Origin: Octopus sinensis | Taxonomy: Eukaryota | Reading direction: 5' to 3' | DNA: 64,000 nt | NCBI RefSeq assembly: GCF_006345805.1 | Contig: NC_043002.1 | Location: 98,332,001 to 98,396,000 of the forward strand | Part shown: positions 12,846-26,194 of the stretch, piece after piece | Numbering within the stretch: position 1 is the stretch's first letter | Layout of the letters: each line of letters opens with the position of its first letter | Translations under genes and position numbers: made by a program | Notes under the pieces: generated by a model | What the model was told of the DNA's origin: nothing | The model's database searches: none | The model's input: the letters and a program-made list of their open reading frames with translations, nothing else

Positions 12846-14170
12846 ACTACTACTACTACATGTAACTGTCCTAAGTACCTTACCCTACCTATGTTTCTTT
12901 ATATTTTTTTAATATTTATTTAGTTTAAGCACGTTCACTCCCACTCAGATATGCACGATCACTTGCATACACACACACACACACATCCTCTTTTACTTGT
13001 TTTAGTCCCTGGATTGTGGCCACGATGGGGCACCACATTGAATTCTTTAGTCGATTAGATTAACCCCGGTGCTTATTCTTTGAAAGTCTGCCTCTTTCTC
13101 TCCCTTTTTATCACAAGCACGCACTCTGACACACACAGGATCGCTTCACCTGTTAAAAATAGTGACCAAATTTCCTTCGAACGACAGAAAAAAAAGCGCA
13201 GGAGTGACTGTGTGGTAAGTAGCTTGCTTACCAACCACATGGTTCTGGGTTCAACTACATGGTTCTGAGTTCACCAATAGTATCCACGCACGCACGCGGC
13301 AGCGAGCTGGCAAAATCGTTACCGCGCCGTACGAAATGTTTAGCAGTATTTCTTCTGGTTCTTTACGTTCTGAGTTCAAATTCTGCCGAGGCCGACTTTG
13401 CCTTTAATCCTTTCGGAGTCGATATAATTAAGTACTAGTCAAGCACTGGAGTCCATGTAATCGACTTAGCTTCTGCCCACAAACCGCTGGCCTTGTTCCA
13501 AATTTTGAAACTAATATATATATATATATATATATGCACACACAATACGAAGACTTGCTTCAAAAACGGCTCGTGTCACTAAGAGTTTTTTAAGAAAATT
13601 TCTTCATATATGTGTGCGCATATGTGTGTGTGTTTGTATGGTTCTCTTATTAGATCCAAGATCGAACCTGTTAGTGATTCTTACCCCACCTCTCTCTCAT
13701 GTATGTATGTATGTATGTATGTGTGTGTGTGTGTGTGTGTGTGTAAACTTTTATTCACAACGCCCACATTCGAATAATGGTAGTCTTATCCATTCTCCAA
13801 ACACACACCTACATAGTATGTACTTAAGCATTGGGCCCTTTTAAGGTATATATATCCCATTCCTTTGAAATCTTGTTTGCCAAAACATTAACTCTGCGCT
13901 ACAAAGATAGAAATATCTTTTTGTTTTCTGTCATGCATACACATATACTGAAAGATATTTTCTTTCGGTCATATATATTATAAAAACGAATACGTCTCCA
14001 CCAATTACAAATTGTTCACACTACGCTATCTTTGTTTTCCTCTCGCACCACCTCTCACTCACTCTCTTTCTCATCTCCTTCACTATGATTTTCTTTGGTA
14101 GAGTATTTTTTTCTGTACCTTACTTCTGTCTTGTATATATATATTTTTTGTAGATTGATTCATTTTCATA

Positions 14171-14391
14171 TACGAGAGAATGCTGAAAAGTCCCTGACTT
14201 TAAGGGTGTCGCGAAAGGCTTGGCGGGAGGCCAAACCTTCCGAGTCCTTTTACGGGGTTTAGAAAAACTGAAGGACCACTGCAATAAGTGTGTGAATCTG
14301 AGAAGGGAATATGTTGCACAAAATCATAATTAACTGATCCTCCTGTATTTTCTTTTATCCAAAGCCAGAAACTTTTCAGCACCCCCTCGTA
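14171..14391 (+). mobile_element. Mariner-derived MITE retaining the transposase C-terminal codons
   Basis: TIRs TACGAGAGAATGCTGAAAAGT and ACTTTTCAGCACCCCCTCGTA, with TA at both ends. Internal GLEKLKDHCNKCVNLRREYV resembles the mariner C-terminal motif GIxKLxxRWxKCIxxxGxYV. Confidence 0.85.
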
Positions 14392-15047
14392 CACGCTGGA
14401 GAAGGTGGCTGTAGTGGTGTGGTAATTGCGGTGGTGGTGGTGGTGGATTTTATTAAGTGTTGCTACCGGTTCTGCCATGTCCCAAATCTTCAGAAAGATC
14501 TCAAACACGGCTGCAGCAAGATTAAGCATTTATCAAGTTTAGAGTGCGACCGTTACTATATATTAATTAGACAGAATTAAAGGGAGTCGGTGGACAGTCA
14601 ACCGGTATATATTATTGACTCGGGGACTAGAGAGCCAAAGTGGAACTGTGTCTGATGGGTCCCACCTGAAAACGGAAAACTGTCAACTCTTGCATCCCCT
14701 TGTACAGCAAAGGAAGGGGGAAAATAGCTAAAAACGGTAAAGTCCTTAATTTTTGTTTCCTCTAATCCCAGATGAACCCACATCGTGACAGGAAGCACAA
14801 GGACAGCTCCATCCTACTCGCTTCTTCAACAAAAATAGTACAGAAAGATCTCCAAAACACTGAAAGGCGGTGCACCAGCTTCTGGCTGAAACCAATAAAA
14901 AATAAAAGAATATCACAAAGCTGTAACATTCTGTATGTGCTTTTCAATTTCACGTGACATGTCAATTTCAGATTTGTGTTTGTTGTCGTGATGAGGAGGC
15001 CTGTCAGTTTGCAGAATGTGTTTAGTTATTACGCTTTACGTTCTGAG

Positions 15048-15395
15048 GAGGCGCAATGGCCCAGTGGTTAGGGCAGCGGATCGCGGTTTCGATTCCCAGA
15101 CCACGCGTTGTGAGTGTTTATTGAGCGAAAACACCTAAAGCTCCACGAGGCTCCGGCAGGGATGGTGGTGATCCCTGCCGTACTCTTTCACCACAACTTT
15201 CTCTCACTCTTTCTTCCTGTTTCTGTTGTACCTGTATTTCAAAGGGCCGGCTTTGTCACTCTGTGTGTCACGCTGAATATCCCCGAGAACTACGTTAAGG
15301 GTGCACGTGTCTGTGGAGTGCTCAGCCACTTACACGTTAATTTCACGAGCAGGCTGTTCCCTCATCGTCGTAACTGACGGAGTGCTTCCACATTG
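15048..15395 (+). mobile_element. SINE family C (about 380 bp) nested in a family A SINE
   Basis: Head GAGGCGCAATGGCCCAGTGGTTAGGGCAGC; 3' end GACGGAGTGCTTCC; TSD ACGTTCTGAG at 15038-15047 and 15396-15405. Confidence 0.9.
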
Positions 15396-16484
15396 ACGTT
15401 CTGAGATCTAATCATGCCGAAGTCAACTTTGACTTCATCCTTGTGGTTGGGGAGATAACATATTAGACAAGTACTTGTTCTAATTTAATCGACTATACCC
15501 TCCATCTAAATTTAAAACCTTATACTTACCTGAGGGAATTAATAGAATCATAAGTGCATCGGACAAAAATGCCTGGCATTATTTGTTCCGGCTTTTACGT
15601 TTTATGTTCAAATCCTGTTGAATTCAATTTTGTCTTTCATTCTTCCTGGTTCCTAAATATCCTTTCTATGCTAGGGACAAGGCCTGAAATTTGGCGGGAT
15701 TTCATCGACTCCTATAATTTGACTGATACTTATTCTATCAATCCCGATAGACTGAAAGACAAAATCTACCTACAGGTTTTTAAATATAAGGTTATCCAAA
15801 TGCTAGAGTCGGCATGGTCGGATTTTCCCTTCGCCTATCTTGACGCTTGTGTCTATGTAAGAACTTGATGTATTCACGCCTCATCTATTGACTACTTTAT
15901 TTTCCTTTCTTAATATATGTATCCTGTGTTTCGGCATTAGTGAAGTTGCATTCTTTGAAGAAGTATCAAGGTTTGATTCGATTACTTTGTGACCTTGTTA
16001 AATTATCTTCGCTGTGAAAATTGTGCCACAATCCATAATTTGAAAATCCATTATCGTACTAGTCGGGTCATTGCTACTTAACTACTCCCGTGACAGGGCA
16101 GTCTCACGCAAATTAATTTATTTCCTCCATCAGCTGTTTGTATATTGTCTATATGTGTATGTGTAAGCTTGTTGTGTGGTTTTCTTGCCCTCGAACGGGG
16201 AACATACAAACTGCCATAATTGTTAAAGAAAAAAAAGGTATTTTATTACCAAATATGGTAAGCAATACTTTCTAAATGGTTTTGACATATGAGAAAAATT
16301 TTACGATTTTACGTCCACCCCCAACCCTATCAAATATATTTTCTCTTTAACCCCGTTTTCTTTCTTTTTCATTTTCTTTTCTACTCTTATTCTTTCCTTT
16401 TCTTTTCACTTATTTGATATATTTATATCAAGATGTATATATGTATGTATGTATGTATGTATTAATAATAATGAAATTGTGTGT

Positions 16485-16526
<42 letters not shown>

Positions 16527-16676
16527 GTGCGCGCAAATACCAGAAATTCAAGACCTGAATCTCCAGATACTCTCTGAAATAAGTGTGTCCAAAAGAGTTT
16601 TACATCTGTCTTCATTTAACCCACTTTTACACACCTTCCTACCCACCCAAGCGCATGCGTGCACACACACACACAC

Positions 16677-16707
<31 letters not shown>

Positions 16708-16931
16708 TACAGACACACACATCGAGATACATGTGTGCGGTACATTAAATGCTAAATTCAGACAGATTATGATATTCAGTGGAACATTTTTTTTTTCCAT
16801 GGAATTAAAAAGGAAAGATTCAAAAACAGAGAGAAGCAACATTTTTATGTTAAAGTCTATTATATTATATCAGGCTTGCCTATCCTTCCCCAGACAGTCA
16901 CTCGCGCGCGCGAATCTGTGAAAGCGCATCC

Positions 16932-16966
<35 letters not shown>

Positions 16967-17607
16967 TGGTCTTGTGGGAGATCGGGCGATATAATATTTT
17001 TATGTCTCATAATAAGAATGGCCGATTCAAATTGTATTTATCTTTTGCGTAAATCTCAATTATTCTACGAACGATGAAAAGAGACGAAGCTTAACGGTGT
17101 TGACAATTTGTTTTATTCACAGATCCTCTTATTGTCCATTTTGTCTCTTAAAATTTCCAGTTTTTCTTTCGGAGGCGGGGTGGCGATGGTAATGATGAGG
17201 GTGGAGGTATTATGGTTATAACACCTTGTCTGAGGCGTTATACTAAAGCTTTTTTTTTTTTTTTAGGTATTTATTTTTTTCATTTATTTCTGCCATTCGT
17301 AAGAGTTCTATCTTTAGTCAAGACGTTCTTTATTCAGTGGAGAAAACCAGTTCGCTTTATTTTATTTTAATTTTTTTTTTATTTGAAGTTCAGCTTTCCC
17401 TGGATCATCTGTTCTCTTCAGGTAATATCTCTGTCTGTTTGTATAACAGCCACCTGTTGCTTTTCCTTTTTTACATTTTTCACATTTTCTGAGGAATGAT
17501 TATCAGCCGAATCGTCGAGACTTTCCCTTTTTAAGCATTAAATTAATACATTTTCTAAAACTCATGCCGTATGTTTGTCTTCTTTTTGTGTTTATTGCTT
17601 AGCACTC

Positions 17608-17659
<52 letters not shown>

Positions 17660-17811
17660 TTTGTGTGGATATGTGTGGTGTGTATACACATGCACACGCA
17701 CTGATAATGCCTAATGAGGTAGAATATTTACATTTACCTCTCTGTTAGCAGTTTTTAGGCTTCTTAAGTGTTTTTTCTCTGATAAAAGACTATCTCCTGT
17801 CCATGTGATGA

Positions 17812-18128
17812 TTAGTCGTGATACTCCGTCAGTTACGACGACGAGGGTTCCAGTTGATCCGATCAGCTGAACAGCCTGCTCTTGATATTAACGAGTGTGA
17901 CAAGGCTGGACCTTTGAAATACAGGTACAATAGAAACAGGAAGAAAGAGGGAGAGAAAGTTGTGGTGAAAGAGTACAGCAGGGTTCGCCACCTCTCACCC
18001 TCTACCGGAGCCTCGTGGAGCTTTAGGTGCTTTTGCTCAAACACTCACAACGCTCAGTCTGGGAATCAAAACCATGATCCTATAACCATTAGTCTGTTGC
18101 CCTAACCACTGGGTCATTGCGCCTCCAC
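17812..18128 (-). mobile_element. SINE family C, internally deleted
   Basis: Reverse complement of the family C consensus; TSD-like TGATGATTAGT on both sides. Confidence 0.85.
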
Positions 18129-18479
18129 TGATGATTAGTAATACATAGCTATTTATAGTGTATTCAAACTAGGACTCAGCTAAACTGCTCAGTCTAATTT
18201 GCATAACAGTTTTGACAGCAAGAATTAATACATAGAGTACTATACAACATCTTATAAATAATTTCACATGGAAGGTATATCTGTTTTCATTTACAGAGCA
18301 AATAAACTGTGAAACCATAAGATATTTTAATGTTCTTTTTCTCCCATATGACTTACCAACAAGGTATCAAATCTACATAGGACACAGATTCATACACACA
18401 TACAATATATGTGTGTGTGTGTGTGTGTGTGTATCTTTTACTTACTGGTTTTGGGCATTAGATTGCAGTGTTGCTGAAG

Positions 18480-18695
18480 CACTTTTTTGAAGAATCATTA
18501 ATCAAATGAGTCAACTCCAGTACACTTTATAAAACTTGGTACTTATTCTATCAGTCTCTTTTACAGAACTGATAAGCTGTGGGGATGTAAATGCACTAAC
18601 ACCAGTTACCAAGCAGTGGTGACAGGAGAAACACAGACACACACACACATGCACTCAGATCTACAAATGTATATATATATATATGTGTGTGTGTG

Positions 18696-18766
<71 letters not shown>

Positions 18767-19490
18767 GCATGTATATATTTGATGGGCTTCTTTCAGTTTC
18801 TGTCTACCAAGTCCACTTACAAGGCTTTGCTCAGCCTGAGGCTATACAAGGCACTCACCTTAGGTGCCGATAGTGGGAACCCAGAACCATGTGGTTGGGG
18901 AGCCAACTTCTTAAACCTCTGCATACTTTGGGATCATTAATGAATTCCACTCACATAACACTAGTCAGCCTGAAGCTAGGGTGCAATACAATTGCACAAT
19001 TGACCATACAACAGGACTGCACCTGGAACCATGAGGCTGAATAGAGAACTTTGTCAGCTATATAGACATAGGTGCAAGCATGGCTGTGTAGTAAGAAGTT
19101 TGCTTCCCAACCACATGGTTCCGGATTCAGTTCCACTGCATGGCACCTTGGACAAATTTATTCTACTATAGCCATGGACTGACCAAAGCCTTGTGAGAGG
19201 ATTTGGTAGAGAGAAACTAAAAGAAGCCCAGCATATATATATATATATATGTATATATCTATGTGTGAGTGTGTGTTTATATCTGTGTTTGTTCTCTACT
19301 ACTGATTGACAACTGGTGTTGATGTGTTTATGTCCCTGTGCCTAGCAGTTCAGCAAAGAGACACCGATAGAATGAGTAACAGGCTTTAAAAAAGAGAAGA
19401 TAAGCTCTGGGGTTGATTTCCTCAAGTAAAACCCTTCAGGGCAATGCCCCAGCATGGCCACAGTCAAATGACTGAAAGAATAGAAGAATA
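18480..19490. mobile_element. Two diverged family B SINEs in opposite orientations (about 18480-18920 minus, about 19068-19490 plus)
   Basis: CORE-like and tail segments recognisable, with many CpG to TpG/CpA changes. Confidence 0.7.
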
Positions 19491-20124
19491 TCTGTACTTT
19501 AATACAATCAATCTTGACCAGATTATGCCATCCAAACTATGACTAGTGCTTTGTTTCTTATAGAAATTGTAGGATGTAGCCAACCTTATCTGAATGCAAA
19601 GCCCCATATATGCCTTCTGTTTAATGTTAATGCAAGGAGACATGTATGCAAAAGTAATTTCATGGTCGATATACTTTGTATATTGAGAAGGGTAAATGTG
19701 TATTAGAGTGGAACAGTGAGTACATGAAACATCAACACTGGAACCGTATTATCTTGCATGCTATCATTATGTTTATTCTATCAACTCACCTATGTGTGTG
19801 TGTTTGTGTGTGTTGTCAGTGCTGTTTAGTCCCAGGTAAAACTTTTAACAAACCTATGATCAAAAGCTTTCCACTCAGGATCATCCTGTCTTTACATTAC
19901 TCTAACTAATAAATTGGAAGTGTTTGATTTGAGGTAGATTTGGCAATTGCTTCTGGCAAGTTGAGTCACCAGTCAGTGGCCTCACTGGCTCGAGTGCATG
20001 TGTGTATGTGAATATGCATCTAGATGATTGCATACTCCGAGAATTTTTCCCCTAAGGTTTTATTATTGTTCCCTTTTTTCCGACACTAGCAATTTTGCCA
20101 GCATATCAATAATAATAATAATAA

Positions 20125-21170
20125 CAGTGGTTTCAAATTTTGCCACAAGGGCAGCCATTTTAGAGGAAGTGATTAGTTGATTACATCAACTCCAGTGTTT
20201 CACTGGTACCTAATTTATTGACCTCGAGTAGATGAGAAGGAAAGTTGACCTTGGTGGAATTTGAACTCAGAAATTAGCGACAGGCGAAATACCGCTGAGC
20301 ATTTTGTCTGGCGTGCTCACAATTCTGTCAGCTCGCCACCTTGGATAATAATAGTAATAATCTTTTCTACAATAGGTACAAGGCCTGAAATTGGAGCAGG
20401 AGGATAATCAATAACATCCCCCCCCCCGATAGGATGAAAGGCAAAGATGACCTTGGCAGAACTCAGAACATAAAGATTAAGAAATAATAATAATAACAAT
20501 AGCACTCAGAGAATGCAAACCTCCACCAAGGCAACACCAATGTCCTCTCAATGATTAGCCAGAGATGATTTTTAAAATGAGAATATCTTAAATAAACTCG
20601 AATGCTCTCACAAACAAGAATACTAAAAATGAACCTGACCACTCTCAAAAATTAAGTAAAAGAGCAGAAAAATAGTCCAGTATCTTTGTTTGGTACCAGA
20701 TTGATACCAAAATCTAATCACTTTGTGCCAGTCACAAGGCCAAACATCCCTGAAAGTTTTATCTGAATCTGTCCTGTGGCACAAGGACTGAAATTTTGCG
20801 AAGGGGGATAGTTTATTGCATGACTGCTGTTTATTTTATTGACTCCAAAAAAGGATGAAAGATAAAGTCAGACTTGGCAGAATTTGAACCCAGCATAAAA
20901 AAGCCCTCCAAGCATTTTGTCCAACTCGCTAACGATTCTACCTGCTCACCACCATTTTTTAAAACTATGTTGATAGTTCTTTCTTCTATAAGTATGAGCT
21001 TGAAATTTGGAAGCGCTCAGCTGGTAATTATTTTATCAACCGCCCCCCCAAATGAAAGGCAGGCAAAGTTGGCCTTGGCAGAGTTTCAACCCAGAACCTT
21101 AAAAGCTGTAAAAAATACTGCTAAGCATTTTGTCTGACTTGCTAACAATTCTACCAGCTCTCCGCCTTAA
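20125..21170 (-). mobile_element. Chain of four same-orientation family A SINEs, CpG-decayed
   Basis: Repeated GATGAAAGGCAAAGTTGACCTTGG(T/C)GGAATTTGAAC units at about 20230, 20430, 20850 and 21055. Confidence 0.75.
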
Positions 21171-21314
21171 TGATAATGATGGTGATGATGATGATGAGTG
21201 TTCTATGACAATAAAAGAAATTGGTAAAAAACTGCATTCAGAATAAGCAAGACTGTGTGTGAATGAAATGTAGGTGTGTATGTGTGTGACTGTGTATTTA
21301 TGTTTGTGTGTGTG

Positions 21315-21349
<35 letters not shown>

Positions 21350-21351
21350 CA

Positions 21352-21382
<31 letters not shown>

Positions 21383-21718
21383 GAAGGCGCATGGCTCAGT
21401 GGTTAGTGTCGAGCTTACAATCATGAGGTTGTGTGTTCGAATCCCAGACCCGGCTGCATGTTGTGCTCTTGAGCAAAACACGTTATTTCACGTTGCTCCA
21501 ATTTACTCAGCTGTAGAAATGAGTTGCAACGTCACAGGTGCCAAGCTGTATCGAGCCCTTTGCCTTTCCCTTGGATAACACTGGTGGCGTGAAGAGGGGA
21601 GGCTGGTATGCATGGGCGACTGCTGGTCTTCCGTAAACATCCCTGCCCGGACTTGTGCCTGGGAGGGTAGCATTCTAGGTGCAATCCCATGGTCAATCAT
21701 GACCGAAGGGGGTCTCAG
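21383..21718 (+). mobile_element. SINE family D (tRNA head, about 335 bp)
   Basis: A-box GGCTCAGTGGTTAG, B-box GTTCGAATCCC, central CTTGAGCAAAACAC...CAGCTGTAGAAATGAGT. A second copy lies at 36256-36597. Confidence 0.85.
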
Positions 21719-21799
21719 GATTTATATACATACACACATATGTATATATGTGTGCATGCATATGTATATGTATATGTGAATGTATATGTATATATATAT

Positions 21800-22152
21800 A
21801 TAATCGAATTGAACCAGCCAGGATCCCTGGTCTGGTGGTACGTAAAAAGCAGTATCCGACTCGTGGCCGATGCCAGCACCGCCTCGACTGGCTTCCGTGC
21901 CGGTGGCACATAAAATACACCAATCTGACCGTGGCCGTTGCCAGCCCCGCCTGGCACCTGTGCAGGTGGCACGTAAAAAGCACCCACTACACTCACGGAG
22001 TGGTTGGCGTTAGGAAGGGCATCCAGCTGTAGAAACATTGCCAAATTAGACTGGAGCCTGGTGCAGCCTTCTGGCTTCCCAGAACCCCGGTCGAACCGTC
22101 CAACCCATGCTAGCATGGAGAACGGACGTTAAACGACGATGATGATGATGAT
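21800..22152 (+). mobile_element. RTE-clade LINE 3' end fragment
   Basis: RTE-type 3' motif GGTTGGCGTTAGGAAGGGCATCCAGC and a (GAT)n tail; the same 3' UTR is attached to RTE coding sequence at 42283-42975. Confidence 0.85.
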
Positions 22153-22501
22153 ATATATATATACAAGAGAATAATTTTATAACTTCGTTAAACTGAAAAG
22201 CAATTTTGTTAAACTGAAGAACAAAAATAAAAATAAAAATAGGACTTCAGCTGGAAGTGCTCAGGGGACACCGAGGCGAAAGGAGAAATAAATTGAAACG
22301 TATAATGAAGAAACACTCCAGTTGGTCAAAACAACTTTATATCATTCCCAAATTATCAAAAACCAAATATGAATATATATTAAAACAATAGGGTCGCCAA
22401 TGGTAAAACCTAACAATATAAAATATACACATATACATGAATAAAAGGTGATAAAACCTAAAAGGGTAAGTCGAATGAAGAAAAATATAGGGAATAATTA
22501 A

Positions 22502-22888
22502 TCTTCTCTCTCTATATAAACGGCAGTTTGTCTGTGTGTGTTTCTGTGTGTCTGTTAGGTTGTACCCTCACCCTGACCACTGCTTTCAACCGATTCTGAT
22601 GAAACTTGACACACACATAGCCCAATGTCATAATTCAAAACTAACGCAGCGAAAATTTTGAAAAGTTCCCCCAGTTCTGAAAAAAATCGATAAATTCGAC
22701 ATGGGGTCGAGAATCAGAAACACAAACCACAGACTGTCTAGGGGACGCAACTCGACCTTTTTAACTCTCAAAAAAAATTTACCATAATTTTTTTTCCATT
22801 TTTTTGCTATTTTTGGGCTATAACTCTCTAAAAATGCTTTATAGTTATTTCCCTTACAAACCTGAGCAACGCCGGGCGATACTGCTAG
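22502..22888 (+). mobile_element. Non-autonomous Helitron
   Basis: A^TC 5' end, subterminal hairpin CC(T)GAGCAACGCCGGG, CTAG^T 3' end; no TSD. Confidence 0.8.
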
Positions 22889-23800
22889 TGTATAATAAAG
22901 GCGACTAAAAGATTAAGCAATGGTGCTAAAATAATGTAAATATAAATATATATAAATGCAAGAATATAAAGATACAAAATAAAGTGTAAGGCAACCAGGA
23001 TAGTCCATTCAACCCCATCTCTACAATCGTTTCAAAGGATGCTGCTTCACATCGTTAATGTACAGAGTGAGGATATAAAATTCTTGGCATCTGTGTGTGT
23101 GTGTGTATGAATACATATATCTATAAATGCATACATACATGATTATTATGTGTATTTCTGAAAAATCATTAATCTAAAGCACAGCTGTGATGATAGTTTA
23201 TCTTGTTAATTTAACCTGCAACCACCATCCGTATCTCTGTTGCCTTGTATTTTGATTTGTTACCAATACTTAATCTCCACATCCTTCATTTCTTCAGTTA
23301 CTGGGATTTCATCCGTACCCCCACCCCCACCACAAATTTATACATATACAAGTTTACGTTTTAGCAGTGACATGGGCTTTTATATGTAATGATTATTTTT
23401 TTTTTTTTTGTAGGAGGAGTAAGGGATAAATGGTGAAATACTGAAATACATAGAGTGGAGGGGCTAAATGTGTGAGAAAAGTTTTAGAACCATAAATATA
23501 AAAACTGCCTCATTGGTGCAGGAGTAGCTTGCTTACCAACCACATAGTTCTGGGTTCAGTCCTACTGCGTGGCACCTTGGGCAAGTGTCTTCTACTATAG
23601 TCTCGGGCTGACCAAAGTCTTGTGAGTTAGGATGTAACAGTTTTCAGTGAAGCAGCAGTCTCAGAAAAATTGAAGATTATCAGCATCTTTCTCAAAGAAC
23701 TTATTCAAAATATAGGGAAATTGTGAATGTGTGTGGGGGTGGGGGTTGAGTGGGAAAGGGTGTACATATCTGTTCCAAGTTGTAGGGTATTGTTTTGCAC

Positions 23801-23882
23801 CTTGATATCACACTTTTCGTAGGGGCACATCTTCGTGGCTAAGTCACAGGCTATGTAACTTTTTCTAACACTTTCTCTTAAC
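23801..23882 (-). CDS. Candidate internal exon of an unidentified host gene (LRESVRKSYIACDLATKMCPYEKCDIK)
   Basis: Acceptor ccagcattcttttaacag|G, open frame in phase 2, weak donor AAG|gtgcaa. Phase-compatible with 24421-24466. No homology recognised. Confidence 0.33.
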
Positions 23883-24420
23883 CTGTTAAAAGAATGCTGG
23901 GTACTGTTGATACATAAGTGTGTGTGTGTGTGTGGTGTGTGTGTGTGCGTGTGTGTGCACATGTTTCTGTGTGTGTATATATACACACTGCAAATAAGTA
24001 ACAGTTTTTAAGAAGTGTATGTACACATTTATATACATCATGCGTATTTGTATATATGATCTGCTCCACACACACACACACATACACACTCACACACATA
24101 TATAATTGTGTGTGTTGTGGTATTTGTTTATATGACTGATTGTCACATAAACTATTCTTTTAGTAATTGAAAATTCACAGCATATCATACAAGAATAGCT
24201 TTAAAGTAAGCAGAGCAGAAAGTTAGGTCTATGGGAGAGCTGAGATGAAATGTAGCAGGGACTTGGATTTTTTTTTAAAAGGGGGCTGGAAATTTGGTCT
24301 GTCTTTCTTCTCCACCCTACTGTCATTAGTTTATTCTTCAAAGAACCCTCCTTTAACAACTGCTCAGTCAACACAAATTATCTTCCAGGTGGATTTGTTT
24401 AGATTTGATCCTCCCCTTAC

Positions 24421-24466
24421 AACCAGCTCTTGGCCTTTCCACTATTGTGGCCAATGAATGACTTTG
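24421..24466 (-). CDS. Candidate internal exon (KSFIGHNSGKAKSW)
   Basis: Strong acceptor tttatctcttccattctatag|C, donor GTT|gtaagg; phase 1 in and phase 2 out, matching both neighbours. Confidence 0.35.
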
Positions 24467-25420
24467 CTATAGAATGGAAGAGATAAATTATACAAGACAA
24501 GACCAGACCATACTCTTGCCTCTACTGTAGCCCCCATGTGCAATAAGGCTTTGGGCTGATATGAGAGTTGGTATTGAATGTGGGTATGGGTATTTTAAAA
24601 TTTCATCTCATTTAAGTTGCTAATGTTATTGACAAAATCATGAACATCACACAATTTCATACTCCATTTTCTGTGTATGAAATTATAATCATTATTCCAC
24701 AATGATTAAACTTTGTTGGATTTTGTCACTCTTAATTTGCTAGCATAATTGTTGTTTTAGCTTTGTGTTAATCTTGATCAGAGACACCATTTCACATGTT
24801 TTTTTTACACATTTTATATCTAAAAATTTATAGTATATCTAGGAGTAATTCTTGGCATGACTATGTGGTTGAGAAGAATACTTCCCAACCACCATTTGGT
24901 TTCAGGTTCAGTTCCACTGCATGACACCTTGTGCATGTGTCATCTGATATGATCCCAGCCTGATCAAAGCTCTGTAAATGGATTTGGTAGATGGAAGCTG
25001 AAAGAACCTGTCGTGTGTGTTTGTGTATTTCTATGTATGTGTGAATAAATGTATGTTTGTGTCGTCTAGGCTTAACATCGTACGATTGTTGTAAATGAAT
25101 TTCATTCATTTCCAATATTTTACAAAAACATGTCTGACCATGAGGAAATATTATCTTGCTTGGAGACAAGTAAAGATTAGCAAGAGAAAGGGTATCCAAG
25201 TGTAGAAAATCTGCTTCAGTAACCTCCGACTGATCCATGCAAACATGGAAAAATAGGCATTAAAATAAATATTAAAAAAGTGTTATCTAGGAATTCTCTT
25301 TCTTGAATCCTTTTCTTGAAAGTTTCAGTCCCTTTGACTGTGGCTACACTGAAGCACAATATCAAAGGGTTTTTTTTGTTGATTGATCCTGGTTCTTTGA
25401 CTGGTACTTAGTTCCTCAAT

Positions 25421-25828
25421 CTCTTTTACTTGTTTCAGTCATTTGACTGCAGCCATGCTGGAGCACCGCCTTTAGTTGAGCAAATCGACCCCAGGACTTA
25501 TTCTTTGTAAGCCTAGTACATATTCTATCAGTCTCTTTTGCCAAACCGCTAAGTTACAGGGACATAAACACACCAGCATCGGTTGTCAAGCGATATTGGT
25601 GGGATAAACACAGACACACAAACATACACACACATGCACAAACACACATATATACATATATACGATGGGCTTCTTTTCAGTTTCCGTCTACCAAATCCAT
25701 TCACAAGGCTTTGGTCAGCCTGAGGCTATTGTAGAAGACACTTGCCCAAGGTGCTATGCAGTGGGATTGAACCCGGAACCATATGGTTGGTAAGCAAGCT
25801 ACTTACCACACAACCACTCCTATGCCTA
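25421..25828 (-). mobile_element. SINE family B, full length
   Basis: Matches the consensus with moderate CpG decay. Confidence 0.9.
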
Positions 25829-25963
25829 TCTCATGAGATATGAATTGGAAAAAGGTGATAACTTGATTGGGCATAAATACTGCCAAGTATTTTGACTCTA
25901 TTAAGAATATTGAGTGCCCCTGTCAGTATATGTACTACTGTTAGCCTTAAAATTCCTTTAAAG

Positions 25964-26109
25964 CAGCTATGGGCAAACTGCAGTCTGTGGGACTTTCTGA
26001 TAGGCACACCAACAAAAATGACTTATTTGAATGTTTTAGTAGTATAGCCCACCTAATGATGAACAATGTCTGACATGGCTTGCTTCTCAAAAAAGGTTGC
26101 CCATGTCTA
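25964..26109. mobile_element. Degenerate hAT-type MITE
   Basis: TIR-like CAGCTATGGGCAAAC and GGTTGCCCATGTCTA; 8-bp flanks CTTTAAAG/CTCTAAAA (6 of 8 match). Confidence 0.5.
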
Positions 26110-26194
26110 CTCTAAAATAACAACCTGAACAGTAACATATATATATATGTACACACACATATATACACACATACATACATATACATACATACAT

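Noticed and set aside
14772-14957. ORF with faint RT-like wording (ILLASSTKIVQKDLQNTE) and a 12-bp direct repeat at 14491/14841
   Set aside because: No YADD-type motif or flanking RT motifs; similarity is too weak and the repeat too short to define an element.
22240-22335. GAAACGTA plus a CCTGAGCAC-like word, suggesting a fourth hammerhead repeat
   Set aside because: There is no correctly placed CUGANGA box or stem II, and the two words are on opposite strands.
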